A DNA stretch of 64,000 bases from Octopus sinensis. Lineage: Eukaryota. This document shows, one piece after another, positions 13,060-25,804 of the stretch. The stretch covers positions 22,506,001 to 22,570,000 of the forward strand of contig NC_043021.1 of NCBI RefSeq assembly GCF_006345805.1, given 5' to 3'. The translations under genes were made by a program, and so were the position numbers. The number at the start of each line of letters is the position of its first letter. Position 1 is the stretch's first letter. The notes beneath the pieces are model-generated. The model was given only the letters and a program-made list of their open reading frames with translations. It searched no databases and was not told the DNA's origin.

Positions 13060-13358
13060 AGGCGGAACCGTACTACTCTCGGGTCATGGCATAGAAAGTG
13101 GATTTAGTTGCTGGAAGCTGAAAGAATCCCATCGTATTTATAAATATATATATACGAGTGTTTGTGTCTTACTACCGGTGTTGGTATGTTTACATCCTCG
13201 TAACCTAAAGATTTGGGGAAAGAGACGGATAGAATAAATAACTGATATACGAGAATGTCAAAAGGCGTATCCATTCGATTATTCGATTAAAATCTCTTTC
13301 GGGCTGTACCGCGGCATGGGCGCAGTCTAATGACCGACGCATTTAAAAGACAAAAGAT
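13060..13358 (+). mobile_element. Degenerate SINE family B
   Basis: gtggatttagttgctggaagctgaaagaatcccatcgtat, internal (TA)n, tgtttacatcctcgtaac, catgggcgcagtctaatgac. Confidence 0.7.
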
Positions 13359-14382
13359 ACTTATAAGTTCTCCAAGATTTATTTGACTAGAAGATACGTG
13401 ACACAGTAACTCAGCGGCAGAGTCTGTGCAATCGCTCCCAATAATACTTAGTTACACATACATTGTTATTACTTTAAAACATTTTAATCTTTCTCAACGC
13501 TTAACTCTAATTATTTCCCCCTTTCTCAACGCTTTACTCTATCTATTTTACTCTTTATTAAATTCGAAAATGTAATAAGTTCTTACAGAAAAAAAAATTC
13601 ATATAAAATAGAACAACAAATTATCGATATTTAAACGTTTACTTTATTCCCACTAATAGCATGAGTATTTAAGCAATCTACTAAATCACTAAATTCTTGC
13701 CCTTTCTATGTTCGTATCAATAAATTACACAATGTAATAAAATATTTTTTTCTTCTAAATACATTACCTTACAGACAAACGATCATAAATTTCAAAAGGA
13801 CTAGTCTAAATTAGTATCAGCCATAACGCCTTCTATAATTAATTTAGCTACGAACATAAAAGAACAGTGATGTCTAATTAATCATTATAGCTACATAAAT
13901 TATATCTCAAATATAAGAAATTTAATTGTAATTACAAATTAGTTCCATATTTTTTCTTCCTTTTGTATAAATTGTAGAAAAAACCTTTTGTTCCCTGCAA
14001 CAAACCCTTTACCTCTGTTGCATGTTAAATTACGACCATTATATTAGTTTATTGCAAAAGTTAATATATTGAGCATATTTCCTTCCTTTTTGATTCAATA
14101 TATGCTGTTTGATATATGTAAGTTCCGCCGACGGCGACTAAACCGCAGCGCATATAGTCTAATCATCAGTCCTTTTCCACACACAAACATTTAACTAATG
14201 GTTCACTTGCCCTTCTGTCAACCAGACGGAGATTTATCTTTTGCTCTCAGCTTTCTCCAGACAAAGGGCTCCGTTTTTAACCTTGACTTATGCCACTCCA
14301 CACGGCAACTACACTACTATTTGTGTCCCAATACACACTACCACAGTGTAACTATAAGGGTGCATCTCTATATAGAGAGAAT

Positions 14383-14676
14383 GGCAGGTGGCCTAGTGCT
14401 TAGGGTGTGGGAGGTACACACTCGATCGTTAGATCACGGATTCGACTAACATATTAAACAGCGCGTTGGGTTCTTGACCAAAACACTTCATTACATGTTC
14501 CTCCAATCCTCTTTGCAGAAAATAGGCAGCCTTGCAAGATACAAGCCTTCCGATAAAGTGAGATTTTAGCCTGCTCACATCGTCAGGAGAATGGCATCAT
14601 TCGAAAAGTCAAATGAGATGGTCAGTGCATTGTGACCAGCGATGACTATCATTCGATAGCCTGGTCGATCACGTGA

Positions 14677-14680
<4 letters not shown>
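14383..14680 (+). mobile_element. Degenerate SINE family C (CORE-like)
   Basis: ggcaggtggcctagtgcttagggtg head; gcgttgggttcttgaccaaaacacttcatt core. Confidence 0.7.
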
Positions 14681-14712
<32 letters not shown>

Positions 14713-15531
14713 TGTGTGTATGTGTGTTAGAAACTTTGAGAGATATTGTAAAAAATATTTTGACGGAACGCGATTAAGTGATCCATAAGAGATTTATTTC
14801 TCTCAGTAGAAGAATTTAATCACAACGTCTAAATATTTTTTAAAAATTCCTTTGGATAGAAAAAGTCTATAGCTGTCTGCGACATGAACATCCATGTTCT
14901 GTAAAGACGACAAACTTCTACCATTTTAGAAACTATATTCTTATCAGCGCGAATTTTATATTCCTGATATCACAAGAGTTTTGAAAATTCGGGAGGACGT
15001 GAAATATATTTATACCGATATTTTACCCGCTATTTATACTTTATACGGTTTGAGATTGACTCTTCTAAAAAGAAACATAATATTCACTAATATTCATATA
15101 TTGATACTGTTACGTTTGCTATAGATATGATTAAATTTAATACAAAACCATATTTCAAACAATTTTCAATATGGACGCAGCAATATCTTGGTTATAAACC
15201 CTTCCACACGGTTAATGTAAAGCAATATTAATTAAACTGTCTAGATATGGTTTAACATTTGGACAACAAACTTTGCATAACGTAACCTTTTCGACTTAAT
15301 TTAAGCTTTCAAATGACAAACGTTTGCAGTGAAAGAACGAGAATGAAGAGATATTTCTGTGGATATTTGATTAACTCTTGCTGCTTTCTTCTATAAATCA
15401 TCTAGACGCCAGATATCTGAATCATATTTCTCTCTCCAGTTTAATACACAGCCTCTCGCACACACACACGCACGCACATTTTGCAGTGGTGAATATATTC
15501 ATGATAAAACCAGGTTATATTAATACATCGT

Positions 15532-15931
15532 AAGGCGGCGAGCTGGCAGAATCGTTAGCACGCGGGGCGAAATGCTTAGCAGTATTTCGTCTGCCGTTAC
15601 GTTCTGTGTTCAAATTCTGCCGAGGTGGACTTTGCCTTTCATCCATTCAGGGTCGAAAAATTAAGTACCAGTTACGCACTGGGGTCGATATAATCGACTT
15701 AATCCGTCTGCCCATCCTTGTTTGACTCCTCTTTGTTTAGTCCCTTGTGGGTAGTAAAGAAATAGGTATTTCGTTTGCCGGTACGGTCTGAGTTCAAATT
15801 CCGCCGAAGTCGACTTTGCGTTTCATCTTTTCGGGGTCGATAAATTTAGTACTAGTTACACACTGGAGTTGATGTAATCCACCTTATCCCCTTGTCGGTC
15901 CTTGTTTGTCCCTTCTATGTTTAGCCCCTTG
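15532..15931 (+). mobile_element. SINE family A dimer (head+body+partial body) with 11-bp TSD
   Basis: TSD taatacatcgt at 15521-15531 and 15932-15942; internal junction aaatagg|tatttcgt at 15766/15767. Confidence 0.95.
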
Positions 15932-17219
15932 TAATACATCGTGAGAAAGAAATTTAGTGTTCAACTGTCCTAAAATATACACGACTGAGACAAACCCCAA
16001 TATGTTTTACTTCCTTGTTCAGAATACTTTTGAATTGGTAATCTGTATTTTTCTGTATCATGTATGGAATTGTTTTATGAGTTTGCCAATACAACAAAGA
16101 TTGCAGCTCTTTGTTGGGGCTCCACTATTTGTTTGATATTTGCTGAAAATAAACAGTTCTTTATGGATTATTTGTAATTACCTGTAACGTATTATCAACT
16201 TGTGGAATGTCATATGGAATGTTAGTAATTTGGAACCGTGAGAAATATCAATGATTTATAGCCAGCATATTACATTTCTGTAAATTCAACTACTTTTACA
16301 AACCATGCTGGTAACCTGAGTATCCTTTGCTAATTTAAATTCACGGCTATTTTTGAATCTATTTATTTTTGCTTTCGATGTATTGTAAAATCCATATTCA
16401 AGTAGTCAAAAGAACATCTTTGATATTTGTGACATAGCGAGGTACTTATTCCTTCTCTATTTTTCCGTCGTCAAGAAGCTGGAGAGACAATTTATAGCTT
16501 CTGCTTGTGTAACCTCTCGGAGATGCTATAACCATGAAAGAACAATATTGGAATTAATGTCGAAATATTTTATGCCACCAGAAGTAACGAGAACTCCAAA
16601 AGAACGAATCCTGTGCTGAATATATAAACCGATTGTACTAGTCATTAACTATTTTATTTTAATTAAAACGACAAATACGAAACATATGTGTGCACATGCT
16701 GCTGGTATGTGTTAGCAGCACAGAAATCGAACAACTCGGAGAAGTATTATTGAAAGAATTCTTAAGCGAATGTTAAAAAATTTGCTTTGCTGCAAGTAGA
16801 AAATTAGTATTTTTTCGAGAACACCTTCGTACAACAAGTGTGTTTATTTTTGTATATCTAATGTACACAAGTGTATATTTAGGTATACAGAATGTAGGCT
16901 ATACAACATGCGTATAAAAGTACATCGTTTCAAGAAATATGTAATTACTTTTAATCTGCAATTGATATGGTTTTCTTCTGTTAAACTTAATGCGTTTCGT
17001 TATCATGGATTTCTAAAATAAATTCCAATTTTAATCTTAAAGTGCATGCAGTTTACATTTTATCCCCCTAGAATTTTGTTTCACTGTATACATTTACTCA
17101 CACACACACAGATAAACGTAGGTATGTATATGTTTAAAGCTATGTAAGTTTGCGTACCTATATCTGTATATTTAAATACATATATAAGTATATAGTAAGG
17201 CACACACATACACACACAT

Positions 17220-17650
17220 GTTCGTCTTCTTCAACTTCAACATCTTCTTTGCCTTCAGCATCTTCTTCTTCGCCTTCATTGTCGTCTTCTTCATTGTCGA
17301 CTTCTTCATCGTCGTCTTCTCATTCTCTTTCGCCTTTTTATTCTTTTTGTTCTTTTCTTCGCCTTCTTATTCTTCTTCCTCCTCTTCTTCTTCGCCTTCT
17401 TATTCTTCTTCCTCCTCTTCCTCTTCTTCTTCTTGTCCTTCTTCTTCTTCTTGTCCTTCTTCTTCTTCTTGTCCTTCTTCTTCTTCTTGTCCTTCTTCTT
17501 CTTGTCCTTCTTCTTGCTCTTGTTTTCTTCGTTTCCTCTTCTTCTTGTCCTTCTTCTTGCTCTTCTTTTCTTCTTTTCCTCTTCGCCTTCTTGTTCTTCT
17601 CCCTCCTCGCCTTCTTCTTCTTCTTCGTCTTATTCAATGTTCGACATCAG
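17220..17650. repeat. (TCT/TCC)n polypyrimidine compound repeat with 18-bp and 33-bp higher-order units
   Basis: tgtccttcttcttcttct repeated about 4 times and tcttcttcgccttcttattcttcttcctcctct twice; source of the Ser/Phe/Leu/Arg-rich ORFs. Confidence 0.95.
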
Positions 17651-18519
17651 ATAACCTATCTGACCATTCCTCTTCTTTTTGTTTCCCACATCACTTCCTT
17701 CTTTGGTTTGTTGAAACTATTTTCACAGCGCAGCACAAACGACTATATATTCAACCATGCTCTATTATATAGAATGTCCTTCACTGATAAATACCGGAAG
17801 TGTATAAAAACATATATATTTTTTTTACTCACCGTTTGAATTATTCTTGATACTTCTTTGCTGTTTCTTACGTTAAATCTATTTCCACTAATTTCAACTT
17901 TAATATCGAGTGTAACATTATATTAGGAGGTTAACAATTCCGAATAATATCGGAACAAATTCGAAGGAAATCACTAACATTCCCAGAAGATCGGGACATC
18001 CAGATAAACTAAGCCACAACGTGTCATAACCAGAATTCCAACAAAACACCATCGCTCATTGTGAATTCACAAATAAGATGATATTCAAACTAGTAGACTA
18101 TTATACTTTGAAATATGGCAGCTGATTCTCTTATGATTTCCATTAGAATCATGTATCGGTTTTCATAAATTTCCCTCCTATGGTGTTCTTTATAAATGTT
18201 TCTTCTAAGTGCTTATTTGATACAAAAGAGTATTTGACTCACGTTAAAAGTGCATGGGTTTCGAGGCATAAGCAGTCGTATTTCGTCTCTTATATACATA
18301 AATCCTTTTTATTTTTTTCTATGCTATCGAATGCAGCACAAATTGTTCATATTCATTTCTCCAATAGATACTTATTCTAATCTTGAACTTCATGCATTTT
18401 CACGGTTTCTCCCCAAAGCTTTCTCAGTTCTCTCATAATCTAACATCTTTCTTAAATATTTTTCCCTCTCTCCCTCCCCCCTCTTTACACACAAAGACCG
18501 ATGCAATAATTGACAAACA

Positions 18520-18543
18520 CACACACACACACACACTAACACG

Positions 18544-18577
<34 letters not shown>

Positions 18578-18967
18578 GAAATATAATACTCATAACTATA
18601 TAATATGCATGTATATAAATATAATGCACCCCCCCATATATATATATATATATATATATAGATAGATAGATGTCATAACACACACATATATAAATATATA
18701 TATCATATATAACACGTATGTAAATATATATACATACATATAATACACACACATATATATATATATCATATATAACACGCATATATATATATATATATAT
18801 ATACATATAATACATATATATACATAACACACATGCATCAAATATATATACATATATTTATATATGGCACATACATATAAACACATATTTTCACACATAC
18901 ATAAATCTCCACACATTTACACTCACACACACGTGCGCGTGCATACACACATGCCCACACCACACAA

Positions 18968-18999
<32 letters not shown>

Positions 19000-19032
19000 G
19001 TCTGGAAACGAGTGTTTGAGGGATTTGTGTGC

Positions 19033-19092
<60 letters not shown>

Positions 19093-19100
19093 TATATATG
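18520..19100. repeat. Compound (CA)n/(TA)n microsatellite block
   Basis: Direct inspection. Confidence 0.95.
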
Positions 19101-19133
19101 CACACAAACCCCTCAAACACTCTTTTCCCGACA
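18999..19133. repeat. 34-bp inverted repeat flanking an (AT)n tract
   Basis: Arm 18999-19032 tgtctggaaacgagtgtttgagggatttgtgtgc versus the reverse complement of 19100-19133 tgtcgggaaaagagtgtttgaggggtttgtgtgc (3 mismatches). Confidence 0.95.
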
Positions 19134-19687
19134 TTATTATATCTCTTTCTATACACTTGATATCGTATTTAGAAAAAGATTGAGATGTCTATAATCCTTT
19201 TGTTTTCTTTTGTACGTTTTTTTCTTTCGTTATTCTCCTCCATTTTGCTTTGGCTTCTCTGCCACTCCCTGTGGGCATAATTTACAAAGAACCGCTGTCA
19301 CATATAACGTACGGAGCTATACTTATCACTTTTGTCATTACCGACTTCATCACCTCAGTCACCTCCGCAATCTTTCTTATTATCGTTACCGTCGTCATAA
19401 TTTTTGTCATCACAACAGTCGCAGATGCTTCCTACTCGTACCAAACGCAGTCCTCTCATTGCCTACTCAAATGTCGAAGTATCTTTATATGTTTGTATCT
19501 AATTTGCAATGTTTTTATATTTCCCATCTCATTATTTTATTTTATATGCATCCAGATACGTGTTTTCGCAAAATATTTAGAGATGTTGGGATCTCATGGT
19601 GTGACCTTATCACCCATTACGAATTTACGAAGTTGATATCATTATTATCAATATTAATTATTAATATTATTATTATTATTATAAATA

Positions 19688-19812
19688 GGCGGTGAGCCTG
19701 GTGAAATCGTTGGCACGCCGGACGGAGTGCTTAATGGTATTTCTTCCTTTATCATGTTTTGAGTTCAAATTTCGCCGAGGTCGAATTTCTCTTTAACCCC
19801 TTCGTGGTAGAA
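19688..19812 (+). mobile_element. Degenerate SINE family A 5' part
   Basis: ggcggtgagcctggtgaaatcgttggcacgccgg...gagttcaaatttcgccgaggtcga. Confidence 0.8.
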
Positions 19813-19829
19813 TGGATTGTCATCATCAT

Positions 19830-20155
19830 TATTATTAATATTTCTTCGTAACAGAATGTCGGTAAAAAATGCACCGCAGTATTTTGTTACGTCAAGTCAC
19901 AACGAGGAACTCGGACAGATAACACTTTCCTTAAGATGTGTTCTGTGCCCAATAAGGCTGCTTTTTGCAAGACCTCAATCTTGTTTGGGATGTCTAGTTG
20001 CCTTAAGAAATCTTGAAGTGTCACTGGGATTGAGCCCAACACGCCGGTCACCTCTGGTATCACTTTTACAATGACCCTCTCGCATTCCATACAATCTCGT
20101 GATTTCCACTTTCAATTGCGAGTACTTGGTGATATTTTCAACCTCTTTACTCACA
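19830..20155 (-). mobile_element. 3' end of an R4/Dong-like (RLE-type) non-LTR retrotransposon, frameshifted
   Basis: KEVENITKYSQLKVEITRL / VIVKVIPEVTGVLGSIP...LQKAALLGTEHILRKVL matches the conserved RLE C-terminus (KYxxLxxE...IPVVIGALG...LQKxxLLGTAxILRxVL); short 3' UTR ending in a (taa)n-like tail. Confidence 0.8.
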
Positions 20156-20204
20156 TCTCTCTCTCTATCTCTCTCTCTCTCTCAGCACTATTGCGTCTGT
20201 CTAT

Positions 20205-20715
20205 AAATTTGGAGTTTAAATTCCGCCGAGGTCGACTTTGCCGTTTATCTTTTGGTTATCGATAAAGCAAGGACCAGTTGAAACCGGGGTTTGATGTAAT
20301 CGCCTGTCCTCGCCACAAAATGTCAGGCCTTGTGCTTATAGTAGAAAAATATTCTATGCTTAGCGACATTTTGTCCCTTTTTGCACTTTGAGTCCGAATT
20401 CCACCGTGGTGTATTTTGGATTTCATTATTCAGGGTCGATGAAATGATTACAAGTTGAATTCTGGGGTTACCTCCACGGAAAAAAAAAACTTTCAGTCTT
20501 TGTGCCTAAGAGAAAGTAAATTCAGAAGAAATTTCACTAATCATTTAGACCAATTTGCTAAAGATTCTGCCAGCTCACCACCTGAATGTTAGTATTTTCG
20601 GAGTTCGAATACAACTGACGTCATCTTTGCTTCCTTTAGGTGTCGTTGACATAGGTAGCAGTTCAGTACTGGGTTTGGAGAAATCTACTTAACCCTTCCT
20701 TGGGCAAATAGAATA
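20205..20715 (+). mobile_element. Cluster of about three degenerate SINE family A-like fragments
   Basis: gagtttaaattccgccgaggtcgactttgcc (20212), gagtccgaattccaccgtgg (20390), ggagttcgaatacaactgacg (20600). Confidence 0.65.
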
Positions 20716-20819
20716 AAAATAACATTAAAGCTGTATTCCAAAATGTGAAATTATAATTATTATGAAATTATAATTATTATGAAATTATAATTATTATTAT
20801 AATTATTATGAAATTGCAG

Positions 20820-21380
20820 AATCCTCACCAGACATAGTAACTAGTGGTATATCTTCCTGTTTTGAATTCCCACTTCTTCCAGGATTTTAAAATATTTTCT
20901 AAGCTACATTTCTACCGAAGTCAATTTTTCCTGTCATCATTTCAGATTCCATAACATAACTCCCAGGTGCAAACGACTTGCACCCTTTCTTGAAAATCGC
21001 TGTCACCTTGCAAAGTATTTGAAAGCCGGGCAGAAACATTATCATGCCGGACTAAATGCTTTGCCACGTTTTGTCCATCTTTATATACAGCTTTCGCAGC
21101 GTCGATTCCTCCTTCATCTATTTGAAATCGATGAAAAAATTACCAGCTCCAGACCTTGTGCCTACAACACAAATTATCATTCTCATTAGCAGTGTTAGTA
21201 TCATTAGAAGCAGAAGTAATACTGTTATAGTATTACTCGTATGTCTGCTGGAAATCATGCCTCGTATTGTTATTGTGTAGTTAAACATTAAGATATTGCA
21301 ACGGATTTTCGAGTCTGTTGTATTGGAAATGTATTGGCAAAGTATCATCTCTCTTAGACAAGAAGACATTGAGTGGTTTT
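20820..21380 (-). mobile_element. Decayed LINE (RTE-like) reverse transcriptase remnant
   Basis: Minus-strand fragments NYTITIRGMISSRHTSN, GTRSGAGNFFIDFK* and LRKLY resemble RT motifs NYRxISLxSHxSK, GTRD, FIDFxKAFD and LxxLY; many stops. Confidence 0.45.
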
Positions 21381-22077
21381 GAGTAACGCATGTATGTGTT
21401 GGTGGGTAGAGGAAGAATCATGATGATATTCTAATAATATTATTACATGACGCAAGAACATTTTTTCTTTTACTATTTCGTTTCATTGTATTTTATTTCG
21501 TTCGTTTAGTATATTCTTATGCTAACATGAACTTGTCAACAAAACGCACACTTAAAAATTTGATATATAACAATCTCTTATGCTAAACATCAGACTTTAC
21601 ATATTTTTATTTTGTTATATTCTTACAATTATATTTATTCGCTTATGTATTTTTCGTTCCCTTCTTTCATGCAGAATGACATTACTCCATATTGGCATCT
21701 GTCTCCGTCTTTCAAAATAAATATAGGTAAATAAAACAGAATAACATTAATAAAGAAACGAAAAGACAAGAAAAATAATTCCCTTACACTGACGTGTTGA
21801 CAACTGCCGACGTATGATTATCGAGATAACCTGATTGTGATTTCATTTCATTGCATTTATATATATATTCGTTTCATCATTATTATTATTATCCATATTT
21901 CTAACAAGTAAATTTGTTTGAGTGTAATTTTTGCTAAGGCAGTTATTTGCTAAGAACTGATGTTTCTCTGTTTATGTTACAACTGGTTAGATATAGATTT
22001 TCTGCTAGTTTCCAACTAACAGATACAGTGATGTTTACACGTATATATGTGTGTTCATTGGTGTGTATGTATATATA

Positions 22078-22129
<52 letters not shown>

Positions 22130-22899
22130 CCACATATATTTAATATGGGTTGGGCAATTCGAAATTTAACAACCTAAAGGCAGAAATATATGCTTAAATA
22201 ACGTGATCTAGGGCACAAAGCAGTATTAGCATTGCTAGAAACAAGAGCCAAAGCAATCTAATAGGACTAAACAACACTAGTATTTTTTTGTGGCTGTTGA
22301 TTTCTTTTTATTCTTGTTTCTAATTAGTGCCCTAGTTTACTTTCGTGACGTAACCTAGCTATCGAGCGAAGGAAGACAACTCGCCCGGCCATAATTTTTT
22401 AAGAGGAATATTTTTAGATTTATCGCCGGCGTTTTGTGTTTTGTAGAGAACGGTTTTCGTTTAGAGAAACTGAAGAGATGTCTTGTGCACGCTAGATATG
22501 AAAGAAATGTTTTCTCTAAACTATTACGTTACGCATAGAAATGATGTAGCACACGTGCTGTGTGCACTCCTACAACGCCGTATTCTTCACGTGTTATAGA
22601 AGCTCATGGATATCTGGCGTCAATTCAACCATGCGACTGTGTTTCGCTTATTTTTTGTGTGTTTTACTACAATAAATGTCACCAACTGCCTACCCTATGT
22701 AATTACTGACAGCACGTTGCCTGGTATATAGACAGCCTTCGATCACGAATGAACCTGGGATTTTGCACCTAGGACGCTACCCGCCGTAGTCCAAGGCCGG
22801 GTAGGTTGTTTGTGGGAGACTACCAGTCACGCATGCGTACCAGGCTCACCTCTCGATGCTACAATTGCTGTTCAATAGGAAAGGCAAAAGCTGATGATG

Positions 22900-23045
22900 A
22901 TATAGGTCGACGCCAGTGATGTCACATATAATTTCTTCTTTACAACATGGAAGTGTCTTGCTCCAGAACAGAACGCACAGTCCGGTCTGGTGACCGAACT
23001 TACAACCTCTAGATTATAACCCGACACTCTAACCACTGAACGTGA
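22900..23045 (-). mobile_element. Degenerate SINE family C head/core
   Basis: Reverse complement agtggttagagtgtcgggttataatctagaggttgtaagttcggtcacc...gcgttctgttctggagcaagacacttcc. Confidence 0.65.
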
Positions 23046-23592
23046 AAGAAAGAGAGAGAGAACTTGAATGCGAACAAAAATTCTAAATTCTAAACAAAAT
23101 AAGGTTAAAACAAAGAAATAGTATAAAAATGCAATGAAATAGAAATAAATGTCTCCAGCCTCACACTAAACGCTAATACCAAGTTGCCAAAATACTAGAA
23201 ACGCGTTGGAATATTCCTAACAGCACCCAGTTGACACCCACGTACATAACACTTTCTGTTAAATAATTAAATCTCAAAGCAAAACCGCTCGTTTCTTGAT
23301 GGATGATTTGATTAATCTAAAGAGAATTGGAATTAGTTTTCGAGACGTACACGTTTATATCTTTGCAGAATAGGAAATTAGAAAAATTTGGTGAAGCTGC
23401 TGGAAGAAACTGCATTTTGGTTAGTAATAACATAGTGTTACAGAGTAATTTTGTTGCTTCTTATTTTCGATGATACCTGTTCTTAAATTATTAATTTTAC
23501 TATCACTATTGCTACTACAGAAAATCTTACAATTATTTCTACTAATGCAAGTAATACTACCAATAAAACTAAAAATAATAATAATGATAATA

Positions 23593-24182
23593 AAAGATGG
23601 GATACAGCAAATATTCTGCTCAATATCACAGATTTGCTTGTCAGTTGTTTGACCGTAAAAAGATAAGCACGTCCCTTGTTGACTAACGGTATGTGCATCT
23701 CGAGCGGGAGCAGAAATAATGGTGGATCATCGTAGCCATGTGTTTGAGAGGAATTCTTTGGAGTTTGGAAAATTCAGTTTTGGAAACATAGGTGTTTCTT
23801 CCAACATTCCTAAACAACCATTATTCAGGGACCTTTTAAGCGGGATGAGCTACTCGACCTGAAGAAAATTCTAACTAGACCCCCCCCCACCTGCAAGTTC
23901 ATGTACTGTATACCTTGATATGAAATCACAATGTCACGCACAAATGGCTGTGATGCATTGCCGGTGTAGCCTTATCAGACGTGTAGTCATGATGGATATA
24001 CTGGTCTCGCATATTTTATCCCAGTGTAACTATAATGAAATGCACTGCTCTCTCACACGGTATTAATGATGATGATAATAAAGATGGGCTACAGCAAATG
24101 TTTTGCCGAAACCTCAGATTTGCTTGTCAGTTGCATGACCTTAACCAGTTTAGCACATCCCTTGGTGGCTGATGTGTGTGCA
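23593..24182 (+). mobile_element. Interspersed retroposon-like repeat (~470 bp, 23593-24060) followed by a second copy of its first ~100 bp (24080-24182)
   Basis: Both start aaagatggg(a/c)tacagcaaat...cagatttgcttgtcagttg; the first ends in a taatgatgatgataat tail. Family recalled as a common octopus repeat; class unverified. Confidence 0.65.
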
Positions 24183-24218
24183 TCGAAAAGTATATCAAAT
24201 ACTCTTGTTATTATCCAA

Positions 24219-24263
<45 letters not shown>

Positions 24264-24264
24264 T

Positions 24265-24430
24265 GTGTGTCTGTTCTTGTCCCTCCACCATCGCTTCATA
24301 ACCGACGTTGATGCGTTTGTGTTCTTGTAACTTATCGGTTCAGTAAAAAAAGACCGATATATTAAGTACTATAGGCTTAGAGAAATGTGTCCTGGAGTGG
24401 TGCTCCAGCATGGCCGCAGTCAAATGACTG
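24265..24430 (+). mobile_element. SINE family B 3' half
   Basis: gtccctccaccatcgcttcataaccgacg...gtgctccagcatggccgcagtcaaatgactgaa, following an (AT)n tract. Confidence 0.8.
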
Positions 24431-25804
24431 AAGTAAATAAAAGAAGAAATGAATGATCCCATTCCGAATCGAACTCACGAAAGCAATGACACATCTTCTT
24501 TGATATAAAATGAAGAGTTGAGTTGGTCATCAGTGGAGAGCCTTAATATATGACCGTTCTTATTGTATGTCGAGCTATTATGTTACCCTTCTCTACAGTA
24601 TTTTCCCCTTCAACGCAATATCCTTATCTTTTAATCTTTTCGCGAGAAAGATAAAAAAAAGGGGCATTCTACTCAAGCTTACTCTCGAAAAATCTAGAGG
24701 ATTTAGAGAGAGAAAGAGGGAAATATAAAGTGTCGTTTATAACCACTGTATCTTTATTTACCACGCCTGGAAGAATGAGAACCAAAACCGATCTCCGCAT
24801 GACTTGATCTCGTGACGAGGACAGGTGTACAGAAAGAAAAAGAAGAACAGCCTATCCTTTCTGATTCTCCAGCATCTTTCGCAATGTCTTGACTTCCTCA
24901 ATGAAGATGATCATGATTTTAATTAGAAGTTTCCTTGACAGTTGATGGATTCTGTATCGTGTAGTTGTTGCTACAAAGTTAATACACAACTGACTTTAAT
25001 AACTGCGAATATTTGCACGATCAATTGTTGTTAATAATCCCGGACAATTGCCATGAATCCTGTTAGTGATCTCCACGAGCTAAGTTCTGTCCAATTACAA
25101 GTGGCCTCAACAGATGTGAATGTCAGCTCTCTGTATAAGAGTTTAACATTTGCAAATCTCCGCGGTCTTAATTATGTTGAAAATTAATTAGACATTTGCG
25201 TAATCAATCCTCTTGCTGATACCCATTGTGGATTCTTTTACTAATCGAAGTTTTAATTACATGGTTTAAATTGCTATTCAACAGCACGTTATATCCATCA
25301 GGCTAAGCTTTTTTTGACAATGCATGAAAGGCATGTGAACATCGCATGAAATGCTTCTCAAGTTATGTGAGGACATGAATAGATTTAGTCTAGATGAGGG
25401 AAAATATAATACAAAACTTTTAACTAAATACCAATATACAGCAATGAATAATTCAAGTTTCAAGAGCTTACAGGAGAGAACGAAAATTCCGATATTTTAA
25501 AACTTCATGCCAATTATATACAAACTAACAAATGCGTTTCGTTTTTATTGTTGTCAGTTTATTACATCAGAAATGAATTTGTACCGTAGACAGATATAAA
25601 ATAAGATGTATGCAGTGAATTAGAATTCACATTTTTAAGTTGGTATCTTAAAATACCATATCCATCGCAGCACTGTGTATCGATCCTCTTATGGGTTCAA
25701 CAAATTCTGTACGAAAGTTGAAAATATCAAGGATCTGAAACAATTATAATTGTTGTTCATCGGAGTGCGTATCTTAACTTTTTATTACAATGATGGAGAA
25801 CGAT

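Noticed and set aside
17150-17839. 229-aa, 184-aa and antisense Arg-rich ORFs
   Set aside because: Produced by the (TCT)n compound repeat; open in several frames and on both strands.
22460-22522. Short hairpin tttagagaaa...tttctctaaa as a pre-miRNA
   Set aside because: Only about 11 paired bases with a ~38-nt loop; too weak for a Drosha/Dicer hairpin.
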